DNA of 48,200 nucleotides. Origin: a virus (lineage: Duplodnaviria > Heunggongvirae > Uroviricota > Caudoviricetes). The position numbers and the translations under genes were made by a program. The DNA lies in the IMG/VR virus record IMGVR_UViG_2563366870_000003; one strand, written 5' to 3'. Positions 19,672 through 33,710 of the stretch are shown piece by piece. The first letter of the stretch is position 1; each line of letters begins with the position of its first letter. The notes beneath the pieces were generated by a model, which was not told the DNA's origin, did not search any database, and saw only the letters and a list, made by a program, of their open reading frames with translations.

Positions 19672-19858
19672 CCCATCTCAATCCCTTCAATACCTGAAAG
19701 AAAGCATAGAGCGGGCTTCAATGTGCACAGAGTGGATTCTATCTAGGTTTAGCGCATACAGAAGATTGCCGGTAAAGGGCATGCCAAGCAAGTCGATGCT
19801 GCATATGCAAAAGAATGCGCGCTGGAAGGTATGGCGAGAACACAGGTTATGTGGCTGA
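19664..19858 (+). CDS. NinF-like small protein, 64 aa (only the N-terminal ~20 aa resemble lambda NinF)
   Basis: N-terminus [18 protein letters not shown] resembles lambda NinF; remainder lacks the Cys-rich NinF C-terminus. Confidence 0.4.
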
Positions 19859-19877
19859 AAGAGGGGGTTATTAAGGC

Positions 19878-20240
19878 GTGAATACCTACAGCATCACATT
19901 ACCCTGGCCTCCGAGCAATAATCGCTATTACCGCCATAATCGCGGGCGCACGCACGTCAGCGCAGAGGGGCAGGCATACCGCGATAACGTCGCCCGAATC
20001 ATTAAAAACGCAATGCTGGATATCGGCCTGGCTATGCCTGTGAAAATCCGCATTGAGTGCCACATGCCGGATCGCCGTCGCCGTGACCTGGATAATCTGC
20101 AAAAAGCCGCTTTTGACGCACTCACTAAAGCAGGTTTCTGGCTGGATGATGCTCAGGTCGTTGATTACCGCGTTGTGAAGATGCCCGTTACCAAAGGTGG
20201 GAAGCTGGAGCTGACTATCACTGAACTGGGAGATGAATGA
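19878..20240 (+). CDS. rusA: RusA Holliday-junction resolvase, 120 aa (GTG start)
   Basis: [47 protein letters not shown]…; recognised as RusA from memory. Confidence 0.9.
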   Translation: MNTYSITLPWPPSNNRYYRHNRGRTHVSAEGQAYRDNVARIIKNAMLDIGLAMPVKIRIECHMPDRRRRDLDNLQKAAFDALTKAGFWLDDAQVVDYRVVKMPVTKGGKLELTITELGDE

Positions 20241-20377
20241 TGTTTGAGTCTTATATGGCAGAGCGTCTTCGCCGCCGCTGGGTGCGCCTGCGCTTATATC
20301 GTTTTCCTGGTTCTGTTTTGACCGATTACCGAATACTGAAGAATTACGCCAAAACCCTGACAGGAGCAGGAGTATGA
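20240..20377 (+). CDS. Small protein downstream of rusA, 45 aa (ylcG-like position)
   Basis: Manual translation [48 protein letters not shown] overlaps rusA stop by 1 nt. Confidence 0.4.
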   Translation: MFESYMAERLRRRWVRLRLYRFPGSVLTDYRILKNYAKTLTGAGV

Positions 20378-20462
20378 AGTCAGAGATAACAATCAACTAA
20401 TACTGTTTTGTTGATTTTTGCTTGTAATTGGCGTTCTGGTCTGATTTTTGTGGAGTAAGTTG

Positions 20463-20846
20463 ATGCGTGATATTCAGATGGTTCTTGAGCGTTGGGGAGC
20501 GTGGGCGGCTAATAATCATGAAGATGTGACCTGGTCGTCCGTTGCCGCCGGTTTTAAGGGATTAATTCCTTCAAAAGTAAAATCTCGCCCGCAATGTTGT
20601 GACGATGACGCGATGATCATTTGCGGGTGCATGGCCCGTCTGAAAAAGAACAACAGCGATTTACACGATTTATTAGTAGATTATTATGTATGTGGTATGA
20701 CATTCATGTCACTGGCAAGTAAGCATTGCTGCTCGGATGGTTATATCGGGAAAAGGTTACAGAAGGCTGAGGGCATAATTGAAGGGATGTTAATGGCATT
20801 AGATATCCGGTTAGATATGGATATCGTTGCTAATAATTCTAATTGA
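20463..20846 (+). CDS. Late-gene antiterminator Q (DLP12 QuuD-like), 127 aa
   Basis: ATG at 20463 after GGAGTAAG; Cys-rich region (…[18 protein letters not shown]…KHCCSDGY…); position immediately upstream of the late promoter region. Confidence 0.8.
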   Translation: MRDIQMVLERWGAWAANNHEDVTWSSVAAGFKGLIPSKVKSRPQCCDDDAMIICGCMARLKKNNSDLHDLLVDYYVCGMTFMSLASKHCCSDGYIGKRLQKAEGIIEGMLMALDIRLDMDIVANNSN

Positions 20847-20867
20847 TATGCAATTGTTTACTAAAAG

Positions 20868-20896
20868 TTATTAAAAATGGGGCGTGGAAACGCCCC
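20868..20896 (-). terminator. Minus-strand intrinsic terminator downstream of the porin gene
   Basis: Hairpin GGGGCG-TGGAAA-CGCCCC (20879-20896); minus-strand RNA follows with AUUUUUAAUAA. Confidence 0.45.
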
Positions 20897-20987
20897 CAAA
20901 ATAAAGGGTAATATATAACAGAAGGTTTATATAGTAAGAAGCAAGGTAGTGCTTCTAAAGGAAGTGGCTTGAGGGCTCCACTTATAT

Positions 20988-21023
20988 GTTGCGGAGGCAA
21001 AGCCTCCCGCAACATATCTTTTT
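20988..21023 (+). terminator. Plus-strand intrinsic terminator after the Q/late promoter region (tR'-like)
   Basis: 10-bp stem with one bulge (GTTGCGGAGG…CCTCCCGCAAC) followed by ATATCTTTTTCG; about 140 nt downstream of the Q stop. Confidence 0.5.
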
Positions 21024-21034
21024 CGTAAGTCAGA

Positions 21035-22117
21035 TTAGAACTGATAAACCAGACCTACAGCGACGATGTCGTCGGTATCAATACCAGCTGTTTTGGTAAA
21101 CTTACTATCGTCAATTAAGTTGATTTTGTAATCAACAAAAGTGGACATGTTTTTATTAAAGTAGTAAGTAGCACCGACATCGACATACTTGACTAAGTCT
21201 CGGTCACCATGAACACCAAGGTCTTTACCTTTTGACTGAAGGTAAGCAACAGATGGTCGCAGACCGAAGTCAAACTGATATTGTGCTACTGCTTCAAAGT
21301 TTTGTGCTTTGTTTGCAATATGGTTATTACCAAAAACGGTCATATTCTGAGTTTCAGAATATGTGGTAGCCAGATAGATATTGTTCGCATCATATTTCAG
21401 GCCTGCAGCCCATACTTCCGCATTTTTGCCGGAGGCATTGAATTTGCTCTTACCATAGGCGACCTGACCGTCAGTGCGATCTGATTTAGCATAGGTTGCA
21501 CCCACGCCGAATCCTTCATACTCATAAGTAGTGGAGAAACCGAAACCATCACCATTGGCTTCAGTTACGTCAGTGCGGTCATTTTTACCCTGATACTGAG
21601 CAGCAAAGTTCAGGCCATCGACCAGACCAAAGAAGTCGTTGTTACGATAAGTTGCAACACCAGTAGTGCGACCAGTCATGAACACATCTGTTTGGGTCCA
21701 GGTATCACCACCGAATTCTGGCAGGACGTCAGTCCACGCACCGATGTCGTATGCTACACCGTAGTTACGGCCGTAATCGATTGAGCCGTAATCACCAAAT
21801 TTCAGGCCTGCAAATGCAAGACGGGTTTTGTCTTTGGAAGAACCTTGAGATTCAGCACGGTTGCCTTTGAATTCATATTCCCACTGACCGAAACCAGTCA
21901 GTTGATCGTTGATTTGGGTTTCACCTTTGAAGCCAAGACGGGCATAAGTAGTATCACCATCATCTGCATCATTAGAGGAGAAGTAGTGCTTGGCATTAAC
22001 TTTCCCGTATAGATCCAGCTTGTTACTGTCTTTATTATAAATTTCAGCTGCCTGAGCAGACATCGCCATCAGTACTGATGCAGCTACAGCAGAAATTGCC
22101 ACTGTTAATTTTTTCAT
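21035..22117 (-). CDS. Phage-borne general porin (OmpC/OmpF/NmpC family), 360 aa
   Basis: Signal peptide [29 protein letters not shown]; porin signature …GFGQWEYEF…; C-terminal …VGLVYQF; antisense to the late operon. Confidence 0.9.
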   Translation of the reverse strand: MKKLTVAISAVAASVLMAMSAQAAEIYNKDSNKLDLYGKVNAKHYFSSNDADDGDTTYARLGFKGETQINDQLTGFGQWEYEFKGNRAESQGSSKDKTRLAFAGLKFGDYGSIDYGRNYGVAYDIGAWTDVLPEFGGDTWTQTDVFMTGRTTGVATYRNNDFFGLVDGLNFAAQYQGKNDRTDVTEANGDGFGFSTTYEYEGFGVGATYAKSDRTDGQVAYGKSKFNASGKNAEVWAAGLKYDANNIYLATTYSETQNMTVFGNNHIANKAQNFEAVAQYQFDFGLRPSVAYLQSKGKDLGVHGDRDLVKYVDVGATYYFNKNMSTFVDYKINLIDDSKFTKTAGIDTDDIVAVGLVYQF

Positions 22118-22544
22118 TGTACGCCCTTTTTTTTGAACTATTATTAAAAAATGATGTCACTGCGCGATAAATATTCATCTAATCAATGCGATTATTTCAA
22201 GATGTAAGTTTTAGTTTCTCATTTAATTTGTGAAGTAGATCTCTATTTTTATCTGAACCTTTTCTATCTAATCCTATTCATGGCTCTTGTTTGAACGAAA
22301 ATAAATCTATTAGCTAATTTATATTAATGGCACTTATTTATAAGCACTCTATAATTCTTTAGCTTAATTTAAACAAACTAAAAATAACATCGGAAATTAT
22401 TCATTGGTTATTTGTTGAAGTTTTCTTATGTATTTGTGGTGGTGTTTTGAACACTCGGTGGCATTCTCACAAATATCATTTAGTAGTTTACGTACGTAAA
22501 AAATTGGTTATGCTGTTAAGAGTGGTTACTTCGTCACACAGCTT

Positions 22545-22577
22545 AAACCCGCCGTCGAGCGGGTTTTTCCATTTTTT
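22545..22577 (+). terminator. Plus-strand intrinsic terminator upstream of the holin gene
   Basis: Hairpin AAACCCGC-CGTCGA-GCGGGTTT (22545-22566) followed by TTTTCCATTTTTT. Confidence 0.5.
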
Positions 22578-22706
22578 GAGTCTCGATATTAGCTGATAAC
22601 CCAATACCTGAGTTATTCACTGACTCCGAATCTGTTACGTTTCTGCCTTTATTGCGATACGTAGTATCCCCTTAATTTACACCCGCTTTGTCTGCGAGGT
22701 GGGGTT

Positions 22707-22922
22707 ATGAAATCCATGGATAAGTTAACAACGGGTGTCGCCTATGGCACCTCAGCAGGTAGTGCCGGGTACTGGTTTTTACAGTTGCTCGATAAAGTCA
22801 CGCCCTCACAGTGGGCGGCAATAGGTGTGCTGGGTAGCCTGGTATTTGGCCTGCTGACGTACCTGACAAACCTTTATTTCAAGATTAAAGAAGATAAGCG
22901 TAAGGCTGCACGGGGAGAGTAA
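22707..22922 (+). CDS. Holin, phage-21 S-type (pinholin), 71 aa with dual start (M1/M4)
   Basis: [71 protein letters not shown]; two TM segments; dual-start motif MKSM. Confidence 0.85.
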
Positions 22923-22926
22923 TTCA

Positions 22927-23241
22927 ATGACTCAAAACTATGAACTGATTGTGAAAGGGATCCGCAATTTTGAGAATAAAGTTACGGTAACTTTAGCGTT
23001 ACGGGACAAAAAACGCTTTGACGGTGAAATTTTTGACCTGGACATCTCGCTGGACCGTGTTGAAGGTGCCGCGCTGGAGTTTTATGAGGCTGCAGCCAGA
23101 AGGAGCATCAGACAGGTCTTCCTGGATGTTGCTGCCGGGTTATGTGAAGGGGACGAGCTGTTGCCAGAAACGCGCCCCTGTTCAGAGGCGCGGTATACCA
23201 TAAAAATTAACAGTTCAGATAACTCGATTACTGGTTGTTAG
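22927..23241 (+). CDS. Hypothetical protein inserted between holin and endolysin, 104 aa
   Basis: ORF track; ATG at 22927 five nt after holin stop; no recognised motif. Confidence 0.45.
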   Translation: MTQNYELIVKGIRNFENKVTVTLALRDKKRFDGEIFDLDISLDRVEGAALEFYEAAARRSIRQVFLDVAAGLCEGDELLPETRPCSEARYTIKINSSDNSITGC

Positions 23242-23477
23242 CCTTTTGTTTCAGTTGGTTTTCCAATATCTTTCATTGGTAGCAGCATTTCCAGATTGCT
23301 TTTGATATATGGATTATTTACATGTTCATTTAATTGATGAATGATTCCATTTTTTTCATTCTGGTCCAATACGGAAAATATTACTGTAATCATATATTTA
23401 AGAGCTTCAATTTCTTTTGCTGTTGATGCAGGAGATGAGCAGTCAGCTGTAATATTGATAAAAACTTCTTTTTGCAT
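23238..23477 (-). CDS. Hypothetical small protein, 79 aa, very AT-rich, convergent with the 22927-23241 ORF
   Basis: ORF track; ATG at 23475-23477; stop overlaps the plus-strand ORF stop by 4 nt; roughly 30% GC. Confidence 0.4.
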   Translation of the reverse strand: MQKEVFINITADCSSPASTAKEIEALKYMITVIFSVLDQNEKNGIIHQLNEHVNNPYIKSNLEMLLPMKDIGKPTETKG

Positions 23478-23611
23478 ATCAAATCCTCAGATGGGGTAGC
23501 TCAGCCAGCATCCCCCATAATCCTTAACCAGAGCGCCAGTGTCCTACCACTGACGGGCTGAATGCTTAACATATCCAGGGTTCAGAAACCGATAAATCCT
23601 GATAAATATCC

Positions 23612-24145
23612 ATGAACGTAAAAATCAGATACGGCCTGTCGGCTGCTGTTCTGGCGCTGATTGCCGCAGGCGCGTCTGCTCCTCAGATACTTGACCAGTT
23701 TCTGGACGAAAAAGAGGGTAACCACACAAAGGCATACCGCGATGGTTCCGGCATATGGACCATTTGCCGGGGTGCCACGGTGGTGGATGGTAAACCTGTT
23801 ATTCCGGGCATGAAACTGTCGAAGGAAAAATGCGCCCAGGTTAACGCCATTGAGCGGGATAAGGCGCTGGCATGGGTGGAGCGTAATATAAAAGTTTCAC
23901 TGACCGAGCCACAAAAAGCAGGTATCGCGTCATTTTGCCCCTATAACATTGGCCCCGGTAAGTGTTTCCCGTCGACGTTTTATAAGCGGCTTAATGCCGG
24001 TGATCGTAAAGGTGCCTGTGAGTCGATTCGCTGGTGGATTAAGGACGGTGGGCGTGATTGCCGCACACGTTCAAATAACTGCTACGGACAGGTTATTCGT
24101 CGTGACCAGGAAAGCGCATTAGCCTGTTGGGGGATAGATCAGTGA
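23612..24145 (+). CDS. SAR endolysin (T4-lysozyme family, signal-anchor-release type), 177 aa
   Basis: N-terminal Gly/Ala-rich weak TM segment ([18 protein letters not shown]) followed by the catalytic E-x8-D-x5-T pattern ([19 protein letters not shown]); resembles phage 21 R. Confidence 0.85.
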   Translation: MNVKIRYGLSAAVLALIAAGASAPQILDQFLDEKEGNHTKAYRDGSGIWTICRGATVVDGKPVIPGMKLSKEKCAQVNAIERDKALAWVERNIKVSLTEPQKAGIASFCPYNIGPGKCFPSTFYKRLNAGDRKGACESIRWWIKDGGRDCRTRSNNCYGQVIRRDQESALACWGIDQ

Positions 24146-24603
24146 GAAGAGTTGCCGCGATTATCTCCGCTCTGGTTATCTGCATCATCGTCTGCCTGTC
24201 TTGGGCTGTTAATCATTACCGCGATAACGCGATTACCTACAAAGCCCAGCGCGACAAAAATGCCAGAGAACTGACGCTGGCGAACGCGGCAATTACTGAC
24301 ATACAGATGCGTCAGCGTGATGTTGCTGCGCTCGATGCAAAATACACGAAGGAGTTAGCTGATGCGAAAGCTGAAAATGATGCTCTGCGTGATGATGTTG
24401 CCGCTGGTCGTCGTCGGTTGCACATCAAAGCAGTCTGTCAGTCAGTGCGTGAAGCCACCACCGCCTCCGGCGTGGATAATGCAGCCTCCCCCCGACTGGC
24501 AGACACCGCTGAACGGGATTATTTCACCCTCAGAGAGAGGCTGATCACTATGCAAAAACAACTGGAAGGAACCCAGAAGTATATTAATGAGCAGTGCAGA
24601 TAG
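24142..24603 (+). CDS. Rz (i-spanin), 153 aa, GTG start overlapping endolysin stop
   Basis: GTGA overlap; N-terminal TM segment ([20 protein letters not shown]) then coiled-coil; Rz1 is embedded in the +1 frame. Confidence 0.75.
   Translation: MRRVAAIISALVICIIVCLSWAVNHYRDNAITYKAQRDKNARELTLANAAITDIQMRQRDVAALDAKYTKELADAKAENDALRDDVAAGRRRLHIKAVCQSVREATTASGVDNAASPRLADTAERDYFTLRERLITMQKQLEGTQKYINEQCR
24362..24544 (+). CDS. Rz1 (o-spanin lipoprotein), 60 aa, embedded in Rz
   Basis: Signal peptide with lipobox LVVVGC; proline-rich mature region ([15 protein letters not shown]). Confidence 0.75.
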   Translation: MRKLKMMLCVMMLPLVVVGCTSKQSVSQCVKPPPPPAWIMQPPPDWQTPLNGIISPSERG

Positions 24604-24634
24604 AGCTGCCCATATCGATGGGCAACTCATGCAA

Positions 24635-24928
24635 TTATTGTGAGCAATACACACGCGCTTCCAGCGGAGTATAAATGCCTAAAGTAATAAAACCGAGCAA
24701 TCCATTTACGAATGTTTGCTGGGTTTCTGTTTTAACAACATTTTCTGCACCACCACAAATTTTTGCTGCATCGACAGTTTTCTTCTGCCCAATTCCCGAA
24801 ACGAAGAAATGATGGGTGATGGTTTCCTTTGGTGTTACTGCTGTAGGTTTGTTTCCAACAGTAAACGTCTGTTGAGCACATCCTGTAATAAGCATTGCCA
24901 GAGCGGCAGAAAACAACATTTTTTTCAT
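24635..24928 (-). CDS. bor: Bor lipoprotein (serum-resistance protein), 97 aa
   Basis: In-frame ATG at 24926-24928: MKKMLFSAALAMLITGCAQQTFTV…EARVYCSQ; matches lambda Bor from memory. Confidence 0.9.
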   Translation of the reverse strand: MKKMLFSAALAMLITGCAQQTFTVGNKPTAVTPKETITHHFFVSGIGQKKTVDAAKICGGAENVVKTETQQTFVNGLLGFITLGIYTPLEARVYCSQ

Positions 24929-25408
24929 CTTATTATCCTGCATTGTTAAAAACGGCAGAATCCTATGTGACAACAATTAAACGATAGTTAAATGGATTGA
25001 TGAAAATTAAAACTACACAGGTGGGCTCAGACTATTGGAGGAAGTTGGGGACACTCAGAATCCTGTGGAATGAAATAAACCGGTCTATCCGTCCATTACC
25101 CTTTTAGCTGCGCTGTATCGTCGCCGTATTCCCGCATTAACCATGACCGTAGCCCGACGGGGAATTCCTTCTGCGTGAGTGTGCGGGAATAATTAAAAAC
25201 GATGCACACCGGGTTTTTACCGCGTTAATGATTCGCGGGTTTATCCCGGTGCGATGGTGGAAGAAACAGGAAGCTGTATTACAGAAAGTGCTACTACTGT
25301 ATCCCGATGCGATGTATGTAATGTGAGTCAGATAATGGCACAGGATGTGGTGATGTGGCAGTCTGGAACACAGGATATATTGTCAGAATAAGACCCGTAG
25401 GAATAAAA

Positions 25409-25735
25409 ATGAAAAGACGCCTTTTACTACTTTTTCTGTTATCTGTCCTGGCAGTGGGATGCTCGCAGCAAAAAGCTGATGAGCCCCGGCAATTAGTGAC
25501 GGTGTATCCACGATATCCGGAATATGCTGCAGCAAATTATATCAAGGGGCTGGTTGAGGTTAAGTTCGATATTGGTGCTGATGGGACTGTGACACGGATC
25601 GTTTTTCTCCGCTCAGAGCCTCATAATTTGTTTCGTGATGAAGTGGTGAAGGCCATGGCGAAATGGCGATTTGAAAAGAATCGCCCCTGTCAGGGAGTGA
25701 AGAGACAATTTATCTTTACGCCGTCACGTCCTTGA
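25409..25735 (+). CDS. Putative lipoprotein, 108 aa
   Basis: ATG at 25409; signal peptide with lipobox LAVGC (MKRRLLLLFLLSVLAVGCSQQ). Confidence 0.55.
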   Translation: MKRRLLLLFLLSVLAVGCSQQKADEPRQLVTVYPRYPEYAAANYIKGLVEVKFDIGADGTVTRIVFLRSEPHNLFRDEVVKAMAKWRFEKNRPCQGVKRQFIFTPSRP

Positions 25736-26098
25736 TGCTTCCAGATAGAGAGGGGCTGGAAGCAGGAGAAAAATGAAAGAGCCAGCGGTTATATTTTTGT
25801 CATGGCTGACGAGGAATGATGGAAGAAGGCGTTGTATGCCACACAACGCCTCACTGTTCATTTCTTCTTTTTCTCTGGTGGAACCCGATGAATAAGAGTT
25901 GCACTGGTTTCCGATGAGATGGCGATATACTCGGGCAAAGTATGCTGGCAGTTTTCCAACTGGTCAAAAATACCTGCTCTCGTCTGTTGCAATGCCTGCA
26001 GCATGCGGCGGCAATGCGCCTTGCTTTTACTAACCATCTTTCCTTCCTCTATCAGTCGCTGCGTGAACTCATCATGGAATACCAGGTAAATGCGGATG

Positions 26099-26350
26099 TT
26101 ATCGGTTTTGGCTACGCAGCATAGTACAAAACGGGCAGGTGCATCCCGGGACGGGGGAGGCGTCACATGTCCCTGTGATGGTTGTTCCGGGTAATGTACT
26201 GTGTGGGGCATAAAAATGTCCGATAATTTTACTTTCTACCGCAGTTAGTTGATTCGTTGGTCCTGGTAGCACATTGGGCGAGGATTTAAATGCCAGGCAA
26301 CTGAAGGATGATGTCGCAAGGGAGATAGCGAGAATATTTCTGATTTTCAT
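26099..26350 (-). CDS. Possible small secreted Cys-rich protein, 83 aa (uncertain)
   Basis: In-frame ATG within track ORF 26099-26419 gives a signal-peptide-like N-terminus MKIRNILAISLATSSFSCLA; overlaps another candidate ORF (25858-26211). Confidence 0.25.
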   Translation of the reverse strand: MKIRNILAISLATSSFSCLAFKSSPNVLPGPTNQLTAVESKIIGHFYAPHSTLPGTTITGTCDASPVPGCTCPFCTMLRSQNR

Positions 26351-26498
26351 TTGATGATGCCTCTGTGTGAAATGACGGTAAACGACGCACTTGTGCCGGC
26401 ACATAATAGCAAGCACCATAATAGATCAGATTCGATTCTTGCTGTAAGTGATAATTATTCTCGTTTTCGGGTCCTTTCCGTCGATCCAACAGGTTACG

Positions 26499-26510
26499 GG
26501 GCGGCGACCT
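26499..26510. other. cos: cos cohesive-end site (cosN 12-nt overhang GGGCGGCGACCT)
   Basis: Exact match to the lambda left cohesive end, preceded by …ACAGGTTACG (the lambda right end) and followed by the CTCGCGGGTTTTCGCTATTTATGAAAATTTTCCGG cosB region upstream of nu1. Confidence 0.85.
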
Positions 26511-26687
26511 CGCGGGTTTTCGCTATTTATGAAAATTTTCCGGTTTAAGGCGTTTCCGTTCTTCTTCGCCGTAACCTAATGTTTTTATTTAAAACACCCC
26601 CTGAAAAGAAAGGAAACGACAGGTGCTGAAAACGGGCTTTTTAGCCTCTGTCGTTTCCTTTCTCTGTTTTTGTCCGTGGAATGAACA

Positions 26688-27207
26688 ATGGAAGTCAACA
26701 AAAAGCAGCTGGCTGACATTTTCGGTGCGAGTATCCGTACCATTCAGAACTGGCAGGAGCAGGGAATGCCCGTTCTGCGAGGTGGTGGGAAGGGTAATGA
26801 GGTGCTTTATGACTCTGCCGCCGTCATAAAATGGTATGCCGAAAGGGATGCTGAAATTGAGAACGAAAAGCTGCGCCGGGAGGTTGAAGAACTGCGGCAG
26901 GCCAGCGAGGCAGATCTCCAGCCAGGGACTATTGAGTACGAACGCCATCGACTTACGCGTGCGCAGGCCGACGCACAGGAACTGAAGAATGCCAGAGACT
27001 CCGCTGAAGTGGTGGAAACCGCATTCTGTACTTTCGTGTTGTCGCGGATCGCAGGTGAAATTGCCAGTATTCTCGACGGGATCCCCCTGTCGGTGCAGCG
27101 GCGTTTTCCGGAACTGGAAAACCGACATGTTGATTTCCTGAAACGGGATATCATCAAAGCCATGAACAAAGCAGCCGCGCTGGATGAACTGATACCGGGG
27201 TTGCTGA

Positions 27208-27233
<26 letters not shown>
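26688..27233 (+). CDS. nu1: Terminase small subunit Nu1, 181 aa
   Basis: Reads as near-identical to lambda Nu1 (MEVNKKQLADIFGASIRTIQNWQEQGMPVLRGGGKGNEVLYDSAAVIKWY…) from memory. Confidence 0.95.
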
Positions 27234-30914
<3,681 letters not shown>

Positions 30915-30934
<20 letters not shown>

Positions 30935-32246
30935 TCTCCCGCATATTGCCAGCATGGCCTTTAATGAGCCGCTGATGCTTGAACCCGCCTATGCGCGGGT
31001 TTTCTTTTGTGCGCTTGCAGGCCAGCTTGGGATCAGCCGCCTGACGGATGCGGTGTCCGGCGACAGCCTGACTGCCCAGGAGGCACTCGCGACGCTGGCA
31101 TTATCCGGTGATGATGACGGACCACGACAGGCCCGGAGTTATCAGGTCATGAACGGCATCGCCGTGCTGCCGGTGTCCGGCACGCTGGTCAGCCGGACGC
31201 GGGCGCTGCAGCCGTACTCGGGGATGACCGGTTACAACGGCATTATCGCCCGTCTGCAACAGGCTGCCAGCGACCCGATGGTGGACGGCATTCTGCTCGA
31301 TATGGACACGCCAGGCGGAATGGTGGCGGGGGCATTTGACTGCGCTGACATCATCGCCCGTGTGCGTGACATAAAACCGGTATGGGCGCTGGCCAACGAC
31401 ATGAACTGCAGTGCAGGTCAGCTGCTTGCCAGTGCCGCCTCCCGGCGTCTGGTCACGCAGACCGCCCGGACAGGCTCCATCGGCGTCATGATGGCTCACA
31501 GTAATTACGGTGCTGTCCTGGAGAAACAGGGTGTGGAAATCACGCTGATTTACAGCGGCAGCCATAAGGTGGATGGCAATCCCTACAGCCATCTTCCGGA
31601 TGACGTCCGGGAGACACTGCAGTCCCGGATGGACGCAACCCGCCAGATGTTTGCGCAGAAGGTGTCGGCATATACCGGCCTGTCTGTGCAGGCTGTGCTG
31701 GATACCGAGGCTGCAGTGTACAGCGGTCAGGAGGCCATTGATGCCGGACTGGCTGATGAACTTGTTAACAGCAGCGATGCGATCACCGTCATGCGTGATG
31801 CACTGGATGCACGTAAATCCCGTCTCTCAGGAGGGCGAATGACCAAAGAGACTCAATCAACAACTGTTTCAGCCACTGCTTCGCAGGCTGACATCACCAC
31901 CGTGGAGCCTGCGAAGGAGGGCGAAAACGCCAGCGCGGCGCAGCCGGATGTGAACGCACAGATCACCGCAGCGGTTGCGGCAGAAAACAGCCGCATTATG
32001 GGGATCCTCAACTGTGAGGAGGCTCACGGGCGCGAAGAACAGGCGCGCGTTCTGGCAGAAACCCCCGGAATGACCGTGGAAACGGCCCGCCGCATTCTGG
32101 CCGCAGCACCACAGAGTGCACAGGCGCGCAGTGACACTGCGCTGGATCGTCTGATGCAGGGTGCACCGGCACCGCTGGCTGCAGGTAACCTGGCATCTGA
32201 TACCAATAAAGAATTACTTAATACACCTGAAGCTTTACCGGTATAA
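30915..32246 (+). CDS. C: Capsid protease / minor capsid protein C, 443 aa (GTG start); scaffold Nu3 probably nested in-frame in the 3' part
   Basis: GTG at 30915 after GAGGAGGAG, overlapping B stop; protein VTAELRNLPHIASMAFNEPLMLEPAYARVFF… matches lambda C from memory. An in-frame ATG at 31839 (MTKETQSTTVSA…) is a plausible Nu3 start. Confidence 0.9.
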
Positions 32247-32255
32247 GAGGCAGTT

Positions 32256-32588
32256 ATGGCGACAAAAGAAGAGTTTAACCATTACCAGCCGCTGGGTAAC
32301 AGTGATCCGGCTCATACAGCAATTGCGCCTGGCGGATTGAGTGCGAAAACGCCTGCAATGACCCCACTGATGCTGGATGGCACTACCCGTAAGCTGGTTG
32401 TGTGGGATGGCACCACCGACGGTGCAGCCGTTGGCATTCTTGCGGTTGCTGCTGACCAGACCAGCACCACACTGACGTTCTACAAGTCCGGCTCGTTCCG
32501 TTATGAGGATGTGCTCTGGCCGGAGGCTGCCAGCGACGAGACGAAAAAACGGACCGCGTTTGCCGGAACGGCAATCAGCATCGTTTAA
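32256..32588 (+). CDS. D: Head decoration protein D, 110 aa
   Basis: [41 protein letters not shown]…; matches lambda D from memory. Confidence 0.95.
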   Translation: MATKEEFNHYQPLGNSDPAHTAIAPGGLSAKTPAMTPLMLDGTTRKLVVWDGTTDGAAVGILAVAADQTSTTLTFYKSGSFRYEDVLWPEAASDETKKRTAFAGTAISIV

Positions 32589-32609
32589 TCTTCCCCTTCA
32601 TCAACAAAG

Positions 32610-32630
32610 GCCGCCTGTGCGGCTTTTTTT
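32610..32630 (+). terminator. Hairpin plus T-run between D and E (attenuator-like)
   Basis: GCCGC-CTGT-GCGGC followed by TTTTTTT (32624-32630). Confidence 0.4.
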
Positions 32631-32643
32631 ATGGAAATAATTT

Positions 32644-33669
32644 ATGTCTGTATATACAACTGCAGAATTACTGGCATCGACCCAGCATCACTTTAAGTTC
32701 GATCCGCTGTTTCTGCGCCTGTTTTTCCGTGAAACCTATCCTTTCACCACGGAAAAAGTCTATCTCTCACAAATTCCGGGACTGGTAAACATGGCGCTGT
32801 ACGTTTCGCCGATTGTTTCCGGTGAGGTTATCCGATCCCGTGGCGGCTCCACCTCTGAATTTACGCCGGGTTATGTCAAACCCAAGCATGAGGTGAATCC
32901 GCAGATGACCCTGCGTCGCCTGCCGGATGAAGATCCGCAGAACCTGGCTGACCCGGCTTACCGTCGTCGCCGTATTATTCGGCAGAATATGCTGGATGAA
33001 AATCTGGCGATTGCCCAGGTCGAAGAGATGCAGGCAGTTTCTGCCGTGCTTAAGGGCAAATATACCATGACCGGTGAAGCCTTCGATCCGGTTGAGGTGG
33101 ATATGGGCCGCAGTGAGGCGAATAACATCACGCAGTCCGGCGGCACGGAGTGGAGCAAGCGTGACAAGTCCACGTATGACCCGACCGACGATATCGAAGC
33201 CTACGCGCTGAACGCCAGCGGTGTGGTGAATATCATCGTGTTTGATCCGAAAGGCTGGGCGCTGTTCCGTTCCTTCAAAGCCGTCAAGGAGAAGCTGGAT
33301 ACCCGTCGCGGCTCTCATTCCGAGCTGGAGACAGCGGTAAAAGACCTGGGCAAAGCGGTGTCTTATAAGGGAATGTATGGCGATGTGGCCATCGTCGTGT
33401 ATTCCGGACAGTACGTGGAAAACGGCGTCAAAAAGAACTTCCTGCCGGACAACACGATGGTGCTGGGGAACACTCAGGCACGCGGTCTGCGCACCTATGG
33501 TTGCATTCAGGATGCGGACGCACAGCGCGAAGGCATTAACGCCTCTGCCCGTTACCCGAAAAACTGGGTGACCACCGGCGACCCGGCGCGTGAGTTCACC
33601 ATGATTCAGTCAGCACCGCTGATGCTGCTGGCTGACCCTGATGAGTTCGTGTCTGTACAACTGGCGTAA
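32644..33669 (+). CDS. E: Major capsid protein E, 341 aa
   Basis: Reads as near-identical to lambda E from memory. Confidence 0.95.
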   Translation: MSVYTTAELLASTQHHFKFDPLFLRLFFRETYPFTTEKVYLSQIPGLVNMALYVSPIVSGEVIRSRGGSTSEFTPGYVKPKHEVNPQMTLRRLPDEDPQNLADPAYRRRRIIRQNMLDENLAIAQVEEMQAVSAVLKGKYTMTGEAFDPVEVDMGRSEANNITQSGGTEWSKRDKSTYDPTDDIEAYALNASGVVNIIVFDPKGWALFRSFKAVKEKLDTRRGSHSELETAVKDLGKAVSYKGMYGDVAIVVYSGQYVENGVKKNFLPDNTMVLGNTQARGLRTYGCIQDADAQREGINASARYPKNWVTTGDPAREFTMIQSAPLMLLADPDEFVSVQLA

Positions 33670-33710
33670 TCATGGCCCTTCGGGGCCATTGTTTCTCTGT
33701 GGAGGAGTCC

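Noticed and set aside
20847-21034. Shiga-toxin or tRNA cargo, which some lambdoid phages carry between Q and the lysis genes
   Set aside because: The interval holds only terminator hairpins and the 3' end of the porin gene; no stx-like ORF or tRNA structure is present.
23485-23515. tRNA-like start 'GGGGTAGCTCAGCCAG' in the noncoding region upstream of the 79-aa ORF
   Set aside because: Only a single 6-bp stem (ATGGGG/CCCCAT) with a 16-nt loop can be drawn; no cloverleaf, anticodon arm or CCA-compatible 3' end.
25858-26419. Two overlapping minus-strand ORFs (25858-26211 and 26099-26419) between the lipoprotein gene and cos
   Set aside because: They overlap each other by 113 nt in different frames and have weak start contexts. 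Only the signal-peptide-bearing candidate (26099-26350) is kept as a low-confidence feature; the other is unresolved.
26589-27169. Minus-strand ORFs of 179 aa and 120 aa overlapping nu1
   Set aside because: Antisense to a gene that reads as lambda Nu1; no independent start or RBS context.
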